DNA of 61,218 bases from contig JASFYO010000015.1 in assembly GCA_045047305.1 (NCBI GenBank), positions 1 to 61,218 on the forward strand, written 5' to 3'. The notes under the pieces were generated by a model. The model was given only the letters and a program-made list of their open reading frames with translations. It did no database searches and was not told the DNA's origin. A program made the translations under genes and the position numbers. Source of the stretch: Planctomycetota bacterium (GTDB lineage Bacteria; Planctomycetota; UBA1135). Shown here in pieces: positions 9,624 through 18,337 of this stretch. How positions within the stretch are numbered: the first letter of the stretch is position 1; each line of letters starts with the position of its first letter.

Positions 9624-11768
9624 CTATTCTACCGGCTCCGTGCGCGGAAGCTGACAAGACTGGCCTTCACATAAGTAAAGCGTGGGTTTGCCATCGATGG
9701 TGCCGCGGGCAGCGAATAGGTCGATGGAGCTGTTGATGTCGGCGGCCGGGCGCAAGACTGGAATCACGTCGGCGTAGGCAGAGCTGGCAAGTACGGTACG
9801 CCATGCATTTAGAGATGCAGAGTCTCCACTACCAATCACGACAGCAACTCCGGGTTCTTTTACCGCCCAAGCGAGAGGCCTCAGGGTCGATGCAAAGCTG
9901 CGAGGGTTAGCCGAAGCCATTTTCAGGACTGCGGCAAATCCACGCTGAGCAGGAGTGCGCCACTTCTCCTTCTGCGTCAAGGCATGCAATACGGTTAAGG
10001 CTTCGAGCGCGACCGCGTTGGGCGCAGGGGTAGCGCCATCCCAAGGCTGCTGCAAGCGGTGCAGCAGCTTTTCATCGCGTCCATCGGTGTCGAAGAAGAT
10101 GCCTGAGGCTTCATCCCAAAAGTCTTCCAGCATGTGGTCGCCAAGCCTTTCTGCTTCTAGCAACCAGCGCTCATTTCCAGTGCTCATGAACAAGGAGAGC
10201 AGTGCGTTGATGAAGTAGGCATAGTCCTCAAGCACAGCAGCATGTTGCGCTTTGCCGTGACGCCACGCACGCAGTAAGCGCCCGTCTTCTAGCTTCATTT
10301 CCGACAACAGGAAATCCGCTGCACGCGCAGCTGCGGCGGTGTAGCGCGGTTCCTTCAAGCGCCGTCCAGCCATGGCGAGAGCATCGATGGCGAGCCCATT
10401 CCATGCGGTAAGGATCTTGTCGTCGGTCCCAGGTGGGATGCGTTTCAGGCGAGCCTGATATAGGCGCTCGCGCACGCTTTCGGCAAGTGCTTCTGCTTGG
10501 TCGAGAGGAATGCCGGTTTCGGTTGCAGCGATCATCGGCGGCTTGGCATCGGTCAATACCGAAAGTCCATGTTCGAAGTTTCCGCTTTCCGTCACTCCGT
10601 ACATCGACGCGGCAAACTTGGCGTCGCGCTCGCCGAGAACTTCCTGCAGCATGCTTGGTGTCCACGCAAAAAACTTGCCTTCTTCGCCTTCGGAGTCGGC
10701 ATCTGTGGAGCTGTGGAATCCACCAGCGTCATCGACCATCTCGCGTAGAAGGTAGTCACAACTTTGACGCACAATCTTGGCGTAACTTTCATCTCCGCTC
10801 AAACGGTAGGCATCGAGGTATGCCGGAATCAAGGTGCCTTGGTCATAAAGCATCTTTTCAAAATGGGGGATGAGCCACTGTCCATCCACCGAGTAGCGGG
10901 AAAACCCGCCAGCGAGTCGGTCGTACATACCCCCTTCGGTCATTTTGCGCAGGGTGAAAAGCGCCATCTCCTTTGCCTGAGTTCCAGGAAGAGTTCCTTC
11001 CAAACGTTGGGCTGTTGCGAGCAAAAACCGCAGGTCTTCCGCGCGAGGGAACTTTGGAGCCTGGCCGAAGCCGCCATCGACCTCGTCATAGGTAGTACGC
11101 ATGGCGGCAACCCACTGCTGCTGCCTAAGCTTCAACTCTGCTGCGCTGACTAGGCCTGCACCTTCCTCGACATCTGGAAACTTCGCCTCTAGGGCCGAGG
11201 TCAGCGAATCGGCGGCTTGATCGATTTCCTCGCGCCGGTCCTTCCACGAGGTGGAGATGAAGGTGAGAATCTCGAGGAATCCGGGGCGCCCATACTTGGC
11301 TTCGGCCGGAAAATAGGTCCCTCCATAGAAAGGTTTCAGCTCTGGAGTGAGCCAAACGGACATCGGCCAGCCACCCGATCCGGTGAGCTTTTGGACCGCG
11401 GCCATGTAAATCGCGTCCAAATCGGGGCGTTCCTCGCGGTCAACTTTGATGCAAATGAAGTTTTCATTCATGAAAGCCGCAATTTTTTCGTTCTCGAAGG
11501 ACTCGTGTTCCATCACGTGACACCAGTGGCAAGCGGAGTAGCCAATACTGAGGAAAATTGGCTTGCCCTCGGCTTTTGCGCGATCCAAAGCCTCATTTCC
11601 CCATGGATACCAGTCCACAGGGTTGTGCGCGTGCTGGAGTAGGTAAGGACTGGTCTCATCAACGAGGTGATTGGAGAAGATTTCGGAGGCCACGGCGGCT
11701 GGTTCCTGATGCTGTTGGGAGCAGGCGGCAAAGATGCCGAGAAGGATGGGCGTCAGGTTGACGGTCAT
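9624..11768 (-). CDS. YyaL/SPATA20-like thioredoxin-domain protein, predicted lipoprotein
   Basis: [60 protein letters not shown]-terminal ILLGIFAAC lipobox-like sequence. Confidence 0.9.
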   Translation of the reverse strand: MTVNLTPILLGIFAACSQQHQEPAAVASEIFSNHLVDETSPYLLQHAHNPVDWYPWGNEALDRAKAEGKPIFLSIGYSACHWCHVMEHESFENEKIAAFMNENFICIKVDREERPDLDAIYMAAVQKLTGSGGWPMSVWLTPELKPFYGGTYFPAEAKYGRPGFLEILTFISTSWKDRREEIDQAADSLTSALEAKFPDVEEGAGLVSAAELKLRQQQWVAAMRTTYDEVDGGFGQAPKFPRAEDLRFLLATAQRLEGTLPGTQAKEMALFTLRKMTEGGMYDRLAGGFSRYSVDGQWLIPHFEKMLYDQGTLIPAYLDAYRLSGDESYAKIVRQSCDYLLREMVDDAGGFHSSTDADSEGEEGKFFAWTPSMLQEVLGERDAKFAASMYGVTESGNFEHGLSVLTDAKPPMIAATETGIPLDQAEALAESVRERLYQARLKRIPPGTDDKILTAWNGLAIDALAMAGRRLKEPRYTAAAARAADFLLSEMKLEDGRLLRAWRHGKAQHAAVLEDYAYFINALLSLFMSTGNERWLLEAERLGDHMLEDFWDEASGIFFDTDGRDEKLLHRLQQPWDGATPAPNAVALEALTVLHALTQKEKWRTPAQRGFAAVLKMASANPRSFASTLRPLAWAVKEPGVAVVIGSGDSASLNAWRTVLASSAYADVIPVLRPAADINSSIDLFAARGTIDGKPTLYLCEGQSCQLPRTEPVE

Positions 11769-11803
11769 GATTCCACCTTATAGGGCAGCAGAAGGTTCAA
11801 GGC

Positions 11804-11832
11804 TTGCCATTCTTCAGGGAATCCGCGACAAT
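11804..11832 (+). promoter_or_regulatory. Sigma70-like promoter of the nuclease-domain gene
   Basis: TTGCCA-17 nt-GACAAT, ending 9 nt before ATG 11842. Confidence 0.55.
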
Positions 11833-11841
11833 GCCCGCAAC

Positions 11842-14010
11842 ATGGGCTGGTTCCAACGCCTCTTTTCGGGAGCGCACGACGACGACGGATCAAACCGCGG
11901 TCAGCGCTCCCCGGAGCAAGCCCGAGTTTCTGCGGAAGAATTTACGTACGAAATCCGGGCTCTCAAAAACGAAATCAAAGCACTCCGAGAAAACCTCGGT
12001 GGCGGTGGTCGTGATGTAGTGCGTGGGGATCGAGAATCCTCCGGCGCTCGTCGCGGTGGCCGTGGACGTGGACGAAGCGGTGGAGGAGACCGCGACGAAC
12101 GTTATGAACGCGACTCTCAAGGTCGTGGACGTAATGGAAACCGTCGTGATCATGCTCCGCGCCGTAACGTTCCGCGTGAGATTCCGGATGACGCTCCGAC
12201 CGGCCTTTTGGTCGAATATCTAAAGACCCGCAAAGTTGTGGTGTACGAGGGTCAAGATGACCTCGACCGCAACGAAGCTTTCGAGCACCTTGCGCGTCAC
12301 TTGGGTACCCACTTTGATTTGCTTGCGGAGTTCTACGAAAAGGTGAAGCGCTGTGTCGCCACCGGACGTGGACAACGCATCGACATCGACGGTTACTCCC
12401 AAGCATCTCGTTCCGCTGCGGTGCAGTTTGGAACCTTGTTGCATCGCCACGGCATGCTCAAGGATTTCTACTACCACCGAAGCCCGAAGCGGCAACTGCG
12501 CGTGATTCCGACCAAGGATGGTCAGATTGGTCAGTTCCTCACCGGTGGTTGGCTCGAGATTTATGTCTTCGCGGTTCTTGCGAAGCGTTTACGCGCTTCC
12601 ATGGAACCAGACAAATTCCAGTTGCTGGCCAATGTGAAAGGCATGCTGGAAGATGGTCGCGAATTCGAAGCCGACTTGATGGCAGCCGTGGGAGACAAGT
12701 TCTTCTGGCTCGAATGCAAGACCGGTAATTGGCAGGACTACTCGGCTCGTTTCCGCGGCTTGGTGAAGATCTTTGGCGTCGAGCGCACTAGTGCTGGATT
12801 GCTGTTGATCCGTCCACCGGACTCGGCAACGCGCAAACGCGCTACCGACATGCTCGACATGACACTGTTGTCCTTGGCCGAGGTCGATGACTTTATCAGC
12901 GTGTTCTTGGGCGAAGAGTTGACCGGCGATTCGCGTCGTCACGCAGCGCCTCCAGTGTTGGAAGAGGAGAACTCTTCTCCAAGACGTGAGCGCCCTGCAC
13001 GTTCTGCACGTCGTCCGCGTTCGGAAGAAGCGGAAGGTGAAAAGGAAGAGAAGCCAGAACGTCGCATCGAAGGAGACGAGAAAGGTGAAGAGGGTGATGC
13101 CGCTCCGCGTCGTCGTCGTCGCCGTCGTGGTGGCCGCGGACGTGGTCGTAACCGTGGCACTCAAGGCACTGCCGAAGGCGAAGAAGCCCGCGAAGGCGCT
13201 GATGCTGAAACTTCTACCGAGAAGAAGCCTGCACCGCGTAGGTCTGCTCCTCAAGAAGCCGCGGCCGAGAAACCGCAAGAGCCGTTGCCGAAGCCAAAGA
13301 TTCTTGGCATGGTGATGCGGGAAGAAACTCCTGCACCGCCACGTGAGAAGAAGGGTAGCCTGAACGAGCCGATTCCAATCGCCAAGCTAGATGACGAAGC
13401 CGATGCAAGTGCAGAGGTAAAGGAAGAAGCTGCTGAGCGTGCTCCACGTCGTCGCCGTCGTCGTCGCTCTTCTTCTGCAGGGTCTCCGTTCGCGGACGAT
13501 GCTAAGTCGGAGGACAGCCAAGCGAAAGACGAGGAGACTGCCAAGGCGGAAGAGGTTTCTGAGGAAGCTAAGGCTGAGAAGCTTGGTGCTTTAGCGGATG
13601 CTGTTGCCGAGAAGGTAGATCCGAAGCCGAAAGCTAGGACTAGGCGTCAGCCGAAGTCGCGTGGCGGCAAGGCGAAACAGGAAGAGGTCGCCGAGGAAAC
13701 AGCTGAAGAAGTTGTTGCCGAGGAAAAGCCGAAACCGAAACCGCGGGCAGCCTCGAAGCCAAAGGCGGCAGCGGAGCCAAGGGCTAAGGCTGAGCCAAAG
13801 CCAAAGCCTACGGAAGAGGTGGTTGCGGCGGCACCAAAGGCCAAGCCAGAAGCAGCGCCGAAACCTAAGGCAGTGGCAAAACCTAAGCCAGCGGCGAAAG
13901 CGAAGCCTGAGCCTGTAGAGCCGATTGCTCAAGCGACCAAGTCGGGCGTGACCATCGCTCCAGATTTGGCGGCAATGATGGCAGGTGGCTCCAAGCCGAA
14001 GAAGGACTGA
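11842..14010 (+). CDS. PD-(D/E)xK nuclease-domain protein (Card1/DUF1887-like) with long low-complexity N- and C-terminal arms
   Basis: Core at ~12205-12921 has FLTGGWLE...EFEADL...WLECKTG. Flanks are RG-rich, poly-Arg, Glu-rich and Lys/Pro/Ala-rich. Start taken at MGWFQRLF. Confidence 0.7.
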   Translation: MGWFQRLFSGAHDDDGSNRGQRSPEQARVSAEEFTYEIRALKNEIKALRENLGGGGRDVVRGDRESSGARRGGRGRGRSGGGDRDERYERDSQGRGRNGNRRDHAPRRNVPREIPDDAPTGLLVEYLKTRKVVVYEGQDDLDRNEAFEHLARHLGTHFDLLAEFYEKVKRCVATGRGQRIDIDGYSQASRSAAVQFGTLLHRHGMLKDFYYHRSPKRQLRVIPTKDGQIGQFLTGGWLEIYVFAVLAKRLRASMEPDKFQLLANVKGMLEDGREFEADLMAAVGDKFFWLECKTGNWQDYSARFRGLVKIFGVERTSAGLLLIRPPDSATRKRATDMLDMTLLSLAEVDDFISVFLGEELTGDSRRHAAPPVLEEENSSPRRERPARSARRPRSEEAEGEKEEKPERRIEGDEKGEEGDAAPRRRRRRRGGRGRGRNRGTQGTAEGEEAREGADAETSTEKKPAPRRSAPQEAAAEKPQEPLPKPKILGMVMREETPAPPREKKGSLNEPIPIAKLDDEADASAEVKEEAAERAPRRRRRRRSSSAGSPFADDAKSEDSQAKDEETAKAEEVSEEAKAEKLGALADAVAEKVDPKPKARTRRQPKSRGGKAKQEEVAEETAEEVVAEEKPKPKPRAASKPKAAAEPRAKAEPKPKPTEEVVAAAPKAKPEAAPKPKAVAKPKPAAKAKPEPVEPIAQATKSGVTIAPDLAAMMAGGSKPKKD

Positions 14011-14030
14011 GTTCTTTTTCAGCATCAAAA

Positions 14031-14066
14031 CAAAAACGGACAGCGATTGCTCGCTGTCCGTTTTTG
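14031..14066. terminator. Bidirectional terminator between the nuclease gene and tRNA-Phe
   Basis: caaaaacggacagcga-ttgc-tcgctgtccgtttttg perfect inverted repeat with A/T tails on both sides. Confidence 0.85.
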
Positions 14067-14070
14067 ATTT

Positions 14071-14146
14071 TGGTGGGAAGAAGCGGACTTGAACCGCTGA
14101 CTCACGGATTTTCAATCCGTTGCTCTACCAACTGAGCTACCCTCCC
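14071..14146 (-). tRNA. tRNA-Phe(GAA)
   Basis: 76 nt: GGGAGGGTAGCTCAGTTGGTAGAGCA-ACGGA-TTGAAAA-TCCGT-GAGTCAGCGGTTCAAGTCCGCTTCTTCCCACCA; D arm, GAA anticodon, TTC loop, encoded CCA. Confidence 0.97.
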
Positions 14147-14227
14147 GTTTTGTGGGCAGAAGAATACACTTTCCGAGCCCTCACCGCTAGGTGGATTCCT
14201 TGACTAACTCAGGGCTTTCTATGCGCC

Positions 14228-15235
14228 TTATCGAAGATCCGCTGCACGACTGCCTTCTATCGGCAGGAATTCACCTGGGATGCGCCAATTCTCCTCAACA
14301 TGGGCCAGGATGACGCGAGCGTCAGCGAGATCGGCTTGGATTTGGATGCGGAGGGCGTCGGCACTGGCGAAGGATGATTCGGGGCGGATGGCTTGGAGGA
14401 AATAAACTTCGAGCTCTTGACCATAGAGGTCGCCATGAAAATCAATCAGGTGAACTTCGACCTTCTCCGTGCCGCCATCGAAGGTGGGGCGAACGCCGAG
14501 GTTGATCACGGCTGGGAGTAACCCGGGCTCCTCGGATCCTGGCATGCGTACTAAGCCGGCATAGACGCCGCGCGGTGGGTGCAACACATGATGCAGGTCG
14601 AGGTTGGCGGTGGGGAAACCAAGTTCCCGCCCGCGCTGATCTCCTGGAACCACGGTTCCAAGCACACTGACAGGGCGTCCGAGCATGGCGGCGGCGTTTT
14701 CTAAATCACCAAGTTGGACAGCTTCGCGGATGAAGGTGCTAGAGACGGCGCGTCCATTGAGGCGCAGGGGCGGGACCTCGGTGATGGCGAATCCTAGGGC
14801 TTCTGAAAGTGGACGCAAACTCTCGGGATTGCCACTGCGGTCCTTGCCAAACTTCGAGTCGAAGCCGAAGACTAATTCGCGCAGGCCGAGGCCGTCAAGC
14901 AGATACTTGCGGGTGAAATCCTCTGCCGACAGCTCACGTAGTTCCGCGGTGAAGCGGAGCACTAAGGTGGCGTCGATGCCGGCGCGACGGAAAAGCAGCA
15001 GACGGTGATCTAGGCTGGTGACGGTGGCGGGAGCGCGGCCAATGAGGACGGACTTCGGGTGATCGGCGAAGGTCACCATGACCGAATGCAAATTCGACTG
15101 CTTCGCCCGGTCCACGACCTCACGCAGCACATGGAAATGTCCGAGGTGCACGCCATCAAAGACTCCCACTGTTGCGACGCACCCGCTCTTGTGGAAGGAA
15201 GCAGGTAGGTCTCCGCAGGCCTTAAGTACTTTCAA
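14228..15235 (-). CDS. ribF: Bifunctional riboflavin kinase / FAD synthetase
   Basis: GVFDGVHLGH, VSSTFIR, GRELGFPTANL, GVRPTF, EVHLIDF. Confidence 0.95.
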   Translation of the reverse strand: MKVLKACGDLPASFHKSGCVATVGVFDGVHLGHFHVLREVVDRAKQSNLHSVMVTFADHPKSVLIGRAPATVTSLDHRLLLFRRAGIDATLVLRFTAELRELSAEDFTRKYLLDGLGLRELVFGFDSKFGKDRSGNPESLRPLSEALGFAITEVPPLRLNGRAVSSTFIREAVQLGDLENAAAMLGRPVSVLGTVVPGDQRGRELGFPTANLDLHHVLHPPRGVYAGLVRMPGSEEPGLLPAVINLGVRPTFDGGTEKVEVHLIDFHGDLYGQELEVYFLQAIRPESSFASADALRIQIQADLADARVILAHVEENWRIPGEFLPIEGSRAADLR

Positions 15236-15746
15236 GGCTTTGCTTGTAGTCGTAAACCAGATCCTCGAGCGCGGGCTTGGCTTGGCTGCGGCTGGCAGGG
15301 GTCATGCGATCGATGAACAAAATGCCATCTAAGTGGTCGAGTTCGTGTTGGAAAATCCGCGCCTCCCAATCCTCGAGTTCCAGTACGAAGCTCTCGCCCT
15401 GCAGGTCTTGCGCCTCGATTTTGACCTGGAGTGGGCGAATCACTTGGCCATTGACTTCGGGGAAGGACAAACAACCCTCCTCGCCGGATTCCGTGTCCTT
15501 TGATTTGTGCACCAATTTAGGATTGCACAGCACCACTTCCGCATCTTCCTGCTCTGCCTTGCCTGAGGGGTTATATACCAACAAGCGTATATTTAGTCCC
15601 ACTTGAGGCGCTGCTAAGCCAACCCCAGAGGTGTCGTACATGGCGTCGAACATGGCCCGCACGGTGGTGGCTAAAGTGGCGTCGAAGGTGGTGACGGGCG
15701 CGTTCTTCTTGCGTAAACGCGGATCGGGGTAAATGACGATGTCCAT
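15222..15746 (-). CDS. def: Peptide deformylase
   Basis: GVGLAAPQVG, EGCLS, QHELDHLDG; start at MDIVIYPDPRL. Confidence 0.96.
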   Translation of the reverse strand: MDIVIYPDPRLRKKNAPVTTFDATLATTVRAMFDAMYDTSGVGLAAPQVGLNIRLLVYNPSGKAEQEDAEVVLCNPKLVHKSKDTESGEEGCLSFPEVNGQVIRPLQVKIEAQDLQGESFVLELEDWEARIFQHELDHLDGILFIDRMTPASRSQAKPALEDLVYDYKQSLEST

Positions 15747-15816
15747 GATCGCTGGTCTTCCCCTAGAATAACCTAGCGGGTGTTTCACGTCCGTATTCCC
15801 ACCTCAACACTACCCC

Positions 15817-16440
15817 ATGAACTTAAAAAAACACCTCGACCGCGCCGCCCAAGCTTTGGAGCGTGGCCAAGCAGATTTTGCCGCCGAACTCTGCGATCAG
15901 GTGTTGGATTTTGCCCCGGGCGAACGACGTGCTGCTGAGTTGCTCACTGCCGCATCCATCGTGCTCGGGGAAGGTAAATCGAGCTTCCTGGGTAAACTTG
16001 GATCCAGCCCATCTGGACTAGCGGCTAAGTTTTCCAAGCTAACCCGTAATCCAGATGCAGAGGCCCGTTCCTTGCGCCGCTCCTTCATGAAGGATGCCGG
16101 TAATCCAGCCAAAGGTCTTGCCTGGGGGGATGCTCTTGAACGCGCGGGTTATGCCGGCGCAGCTCTAGGCGTTTTCGGTGGCTTAGCTGCTATAAGTGCC
16201 GAGGCGGCTAAGCGTGCCGGTGGCCTGGCTGCTGCTCAAGGTGAAGTGGATGAAGCCTTGGACTTTTACCAAATGGCTCTTGATGTCAATCCACGCGATA
16301 CCGAGGCCATGCGTGCACGCAAAAATTTGGCTGCGGAACAGGCCCTGCGCAACAACAAATACGATGACGACTCCACTAGCGGCCTCGATTCCGAGGCATT
16401 CCTCCGCGCAGCTCGTGGTGAGGATGCTCCAGGGAAGTAA
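15817..16440 (+). CDS. Tetratricopeptide repeat protein
   Basis: TPR-like helices (AAELCDQVLDFAPGE; EALDFYQMALDVNPRDTEA). Confidence 0.7.
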   Translation: MNLKKHLDRAAQALERGQADFAAELCDQVLDFAPGERRAAELLTAASIVLGEGKSSFLGKLGSSPSGLAAKFSKLTRNPDAEARSLRRSFMKDAGNPAKGLAWGDALERAGYAGAALGVFGGLAAISAEAAKRAGGLAAAQGEVDEALDFYQMALDVNPRDTEAMRARKNLAAEQALRNNKYDDDSTSGLDSEAFLRAARGEDAPGK

Positions 16441-16482
16441 ATTACGGCTTCCAGAATTGTTGGATTGAAGCCCTTTTGGGGC

Positions 16483-16510
16483 TTGCAGAATTCACCACAC
16501 CCACTACAAT
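16483..16510 (+). promoter_or_regulatory. Sigma70-like promoter of rpsT
   Basis: TTGCAG-16 nt-TACAAT, 30 nt upstream of the ATG. Confidence 0.5.
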
Positions 16511-16540
16511 ATTCCGCCCGTTTTAGGGAAAGCGACTGTA

Positions 16541-16804
16541 ATGCCTAACACCCCGTCTGCAAAGTCTTCGTTGAAGAAGAGCCTCAAGCGCCGCGAGCGT
16601 AATCGTGGTCGCCGTTCCGCAATGCGTACCTGGATCAAGCGTACCTTGGACTCTGTCGAAGAGGGCAACCTCCAGTCGGCCGAGACAAACTTCGCCATGG
16701 CTACCAAGTTAATTGATAAAAACGTGAAGTGGAACCAGATGCACACTAACAATGCGGCACGTAAAAAGTCCCACTTAGCAAAAGCAGTCGACGCACTGCG
16801 CTAA
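16541..16804 (+). CDS. rpsT: 30S ribosomal protein S20
   Basis: 87 aa, basic; MPNTPSAK...RN...SAMRTWIK...IDK...HTNNAARKKSHL. Confidence 0.93.
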   Translation: MPNTPSAKSSLKKSLKRRERNRGRRSAMRTWIKRTLDSVEEGNLQSAETNFAMATKLIDKNVKWNQMHTNNAARKKSHLAKAVDALR

Positions 16805-16838
16805 GTCGATTTTTTTCTGGCGTAAGCTAAGAAAACAG

Positions 16839-16871
16839 AAAGGCCTGACCGAGTTATCGGTCAGGCCTTTT
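16839..16871. terminator. Bidirectional terminator
   Basis: aaaggcctgaccga-gtta-tcggtcaggcctttt between convergent genes. Confidence 0.85.
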
Positions 16872-16891
16872 AGCTTTGGATACTGGGAGGA

Positions 16892-17431
16892 TTAGTTACC
16901 GAAAGCGCGCACGATGGCGACGAGACCCTGAAGCAACTCTGGGTTGTCCTTGGCACCAGGTGCAGCAACCATCAATGGGCTCTTGCCAGCTGCAGCGCCA
17001 CCTTCCGAGATCACGAGAGCGAGGTGCTCATCGGTGACGGAGGCTTGCCATGCAGCATCGCCAAAGCTGGCTGGCTTCACAGGAAGGCCTGCAGCAGCAA
17101 CGCCATCACCTTGGCCGGTGGAGCCGTGACAAGTGACGCAGTAGGTATCAAAGAGGGTGCGAGCAGCTTCGTTGATCACAACTTCTTTGACTTCGGCGAC
17201 CGCGTCTTGAGCTTGGCTTTCCATGGCCCCGAGTGCATCTGCGCCATCTTCAGTTTTGGCGGCTTCCTCGACAACGGCTGGGGCGTGCTCCACTGCGTCG
17301 GCCGTGGTTTCAGTCACAGCAGCTGCAGAAGAATCGTCGGAGGCAGGAGGGTCGGAGGATTCACCGCCGCCACAACTACCTAAGGTTGGCAACAACAAGG
17401 CTGCCACTAGTAGGGAGAGGGAGAGTTTCAT
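16892..17431 (-). CDS. Monoheme cytochrome c lipoprotein
   Basis: Lipobox LGSC, acidic/Ala-rich linker, CVTCH heme motif, G.GDG, candidate axial Met in SPLM. Confidence 0.85.
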   Translation of the reverse strand: MKLSLSLLVAALLLPTLGSCGGGESSDPPASDDSSAAAVTETTADAVEHAPAVVEEAAKTEDGADALGAMESQAQDAVAEVKEVVINEAARTLFDTYCVTCHGSTGQGDGVAAAGLPVKPASFGDAAWQASVTDEHLALVISEGGAAAGKSPLMVAAPGAKDNPELLQGLVAIVRAFGN

Positions 17432-17476
17432 GGGTGGGAGGATAGCGCGATTTGAGATTGGATGAGGCGGAAAAGC

Positions 17477-18274
17477 TTAGAGGATGACCGTATTGGTGGC
17501 TACGCAAGCGCTGAGGTCCACGGCCTGGAGTGTCCGACCGCAAATACCAGAAGGAATTGGGGTGGTTAGAGATAGGGTGCCGGTGGCATCGGCGTTGAAG
17601 AAGCCGGCAAGGGTGGGGTTGTTCATGCCGAGGACCAAGCCGCCACAGGTTCCCGGAGGTAGGGTGAAAGTGCCGGTGCTTCCGCCATAAGCGAGGGCGA
17701 TGGAACCGCTCGGGGTTGCACCAACCACGGTGATGGTGACGGAAGTGGGACAGCTACCTGTGATGCTCAATGCGAGGGGGATGCCGTCGGCCCAGGTGTG
17801 GAAGGTGAAATCGAGAGTGGGAAAAGGGGTGAAGCCAGTATTCGCGAAAACCATGCCTTGGGTGTAAGGATTGAGGATGTCCCCGGCGACTCCCATCGCG
17901 GAATCCGTGCAGGTCAGAACGAGGTAATAGGTATTCCCAACTATGAGCGGGGCGGATGGCCAGGTCACCTCTGCCCAAGTGTCTGGAATGGCAGAGACGG
18001 AGCCGGTGGCCAACATGTTTGCCCCAGTAAGGTTGGGCAGATTGTCCCAGAGTTCCACGGTGAAGGTTCCTCCGACTCCAAAACCTGCGTTCATATAGAA
18101 GCCGGCGCCGACGCTGGTGGGTTTATTCGGCACAAAGGATTGCGCGATGTCTCCCTGGAAAAAATGCGCAATGACCTGGGTATTGCTTGGTTGGTCGACG
18201 TCGATTAACTGTGCGCCGGCAGTCTTGGTGTTCAGCAGTAGCGCGAGGGAAAGTGCAGCGAGGAATTTGAGCAT
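17477..18274 (-). CDS. Secreted hypothetical protein with a beta-rich N-domain and a Cys-containing C-terminal domain
   Basis: Signal peptide MLKFLAALSLALLL...AGA|Q; AQSF...VELW...W.EV...GNTYYLV...DFTF; C-terminal ~95 aa module with 4 Cys. Confidence 0.7.
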   Translation of the reverse strand: MLKFLAALSLALLLNTKTAGAQLIDVDQPSNTQVIAHFFQGDIAQSFVPNKPTSVGAGFYMNAGFGVGGTFTVELWDNLPNLTGANMLATGSVSAIPDTWAEVTWPSAPLIVGNTYYLVLTCTDSAMGVAGDILNPYTQGMVFANTGFTPFPTLDFTFHTWADGIPLALSITGSCPTSVTITVVGATPSGSIALAYGGSTGTFTLPPGTCGGLVLGMNNPTLAGFFNADATGTLSLTTPIPSGICGRTLQAVDLSACVATNTVIL

Positions 18275-18337
18275 GGGAATGTCGGAGAGAAAGGCGGAAG
18301 GGGGCCGCGTCGCTCTCCGACGATAGCAAATGTGCAA

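Noticed and set aside
13620..13920. Repetitive DNA resembling an array
   Set aside because: Degenerate codons of a Lys/Pro/Ala/Glu low-complexity tail; no fixed repeat-spacer period, so not CRISPR.
14071..14146. tRNA-Phe as integration site for an island carrying the nuclease gene
   Set aside because: No integrase and no duplicated tRNA 3' end seen; the neighbouring gene has native-looking codon usage.
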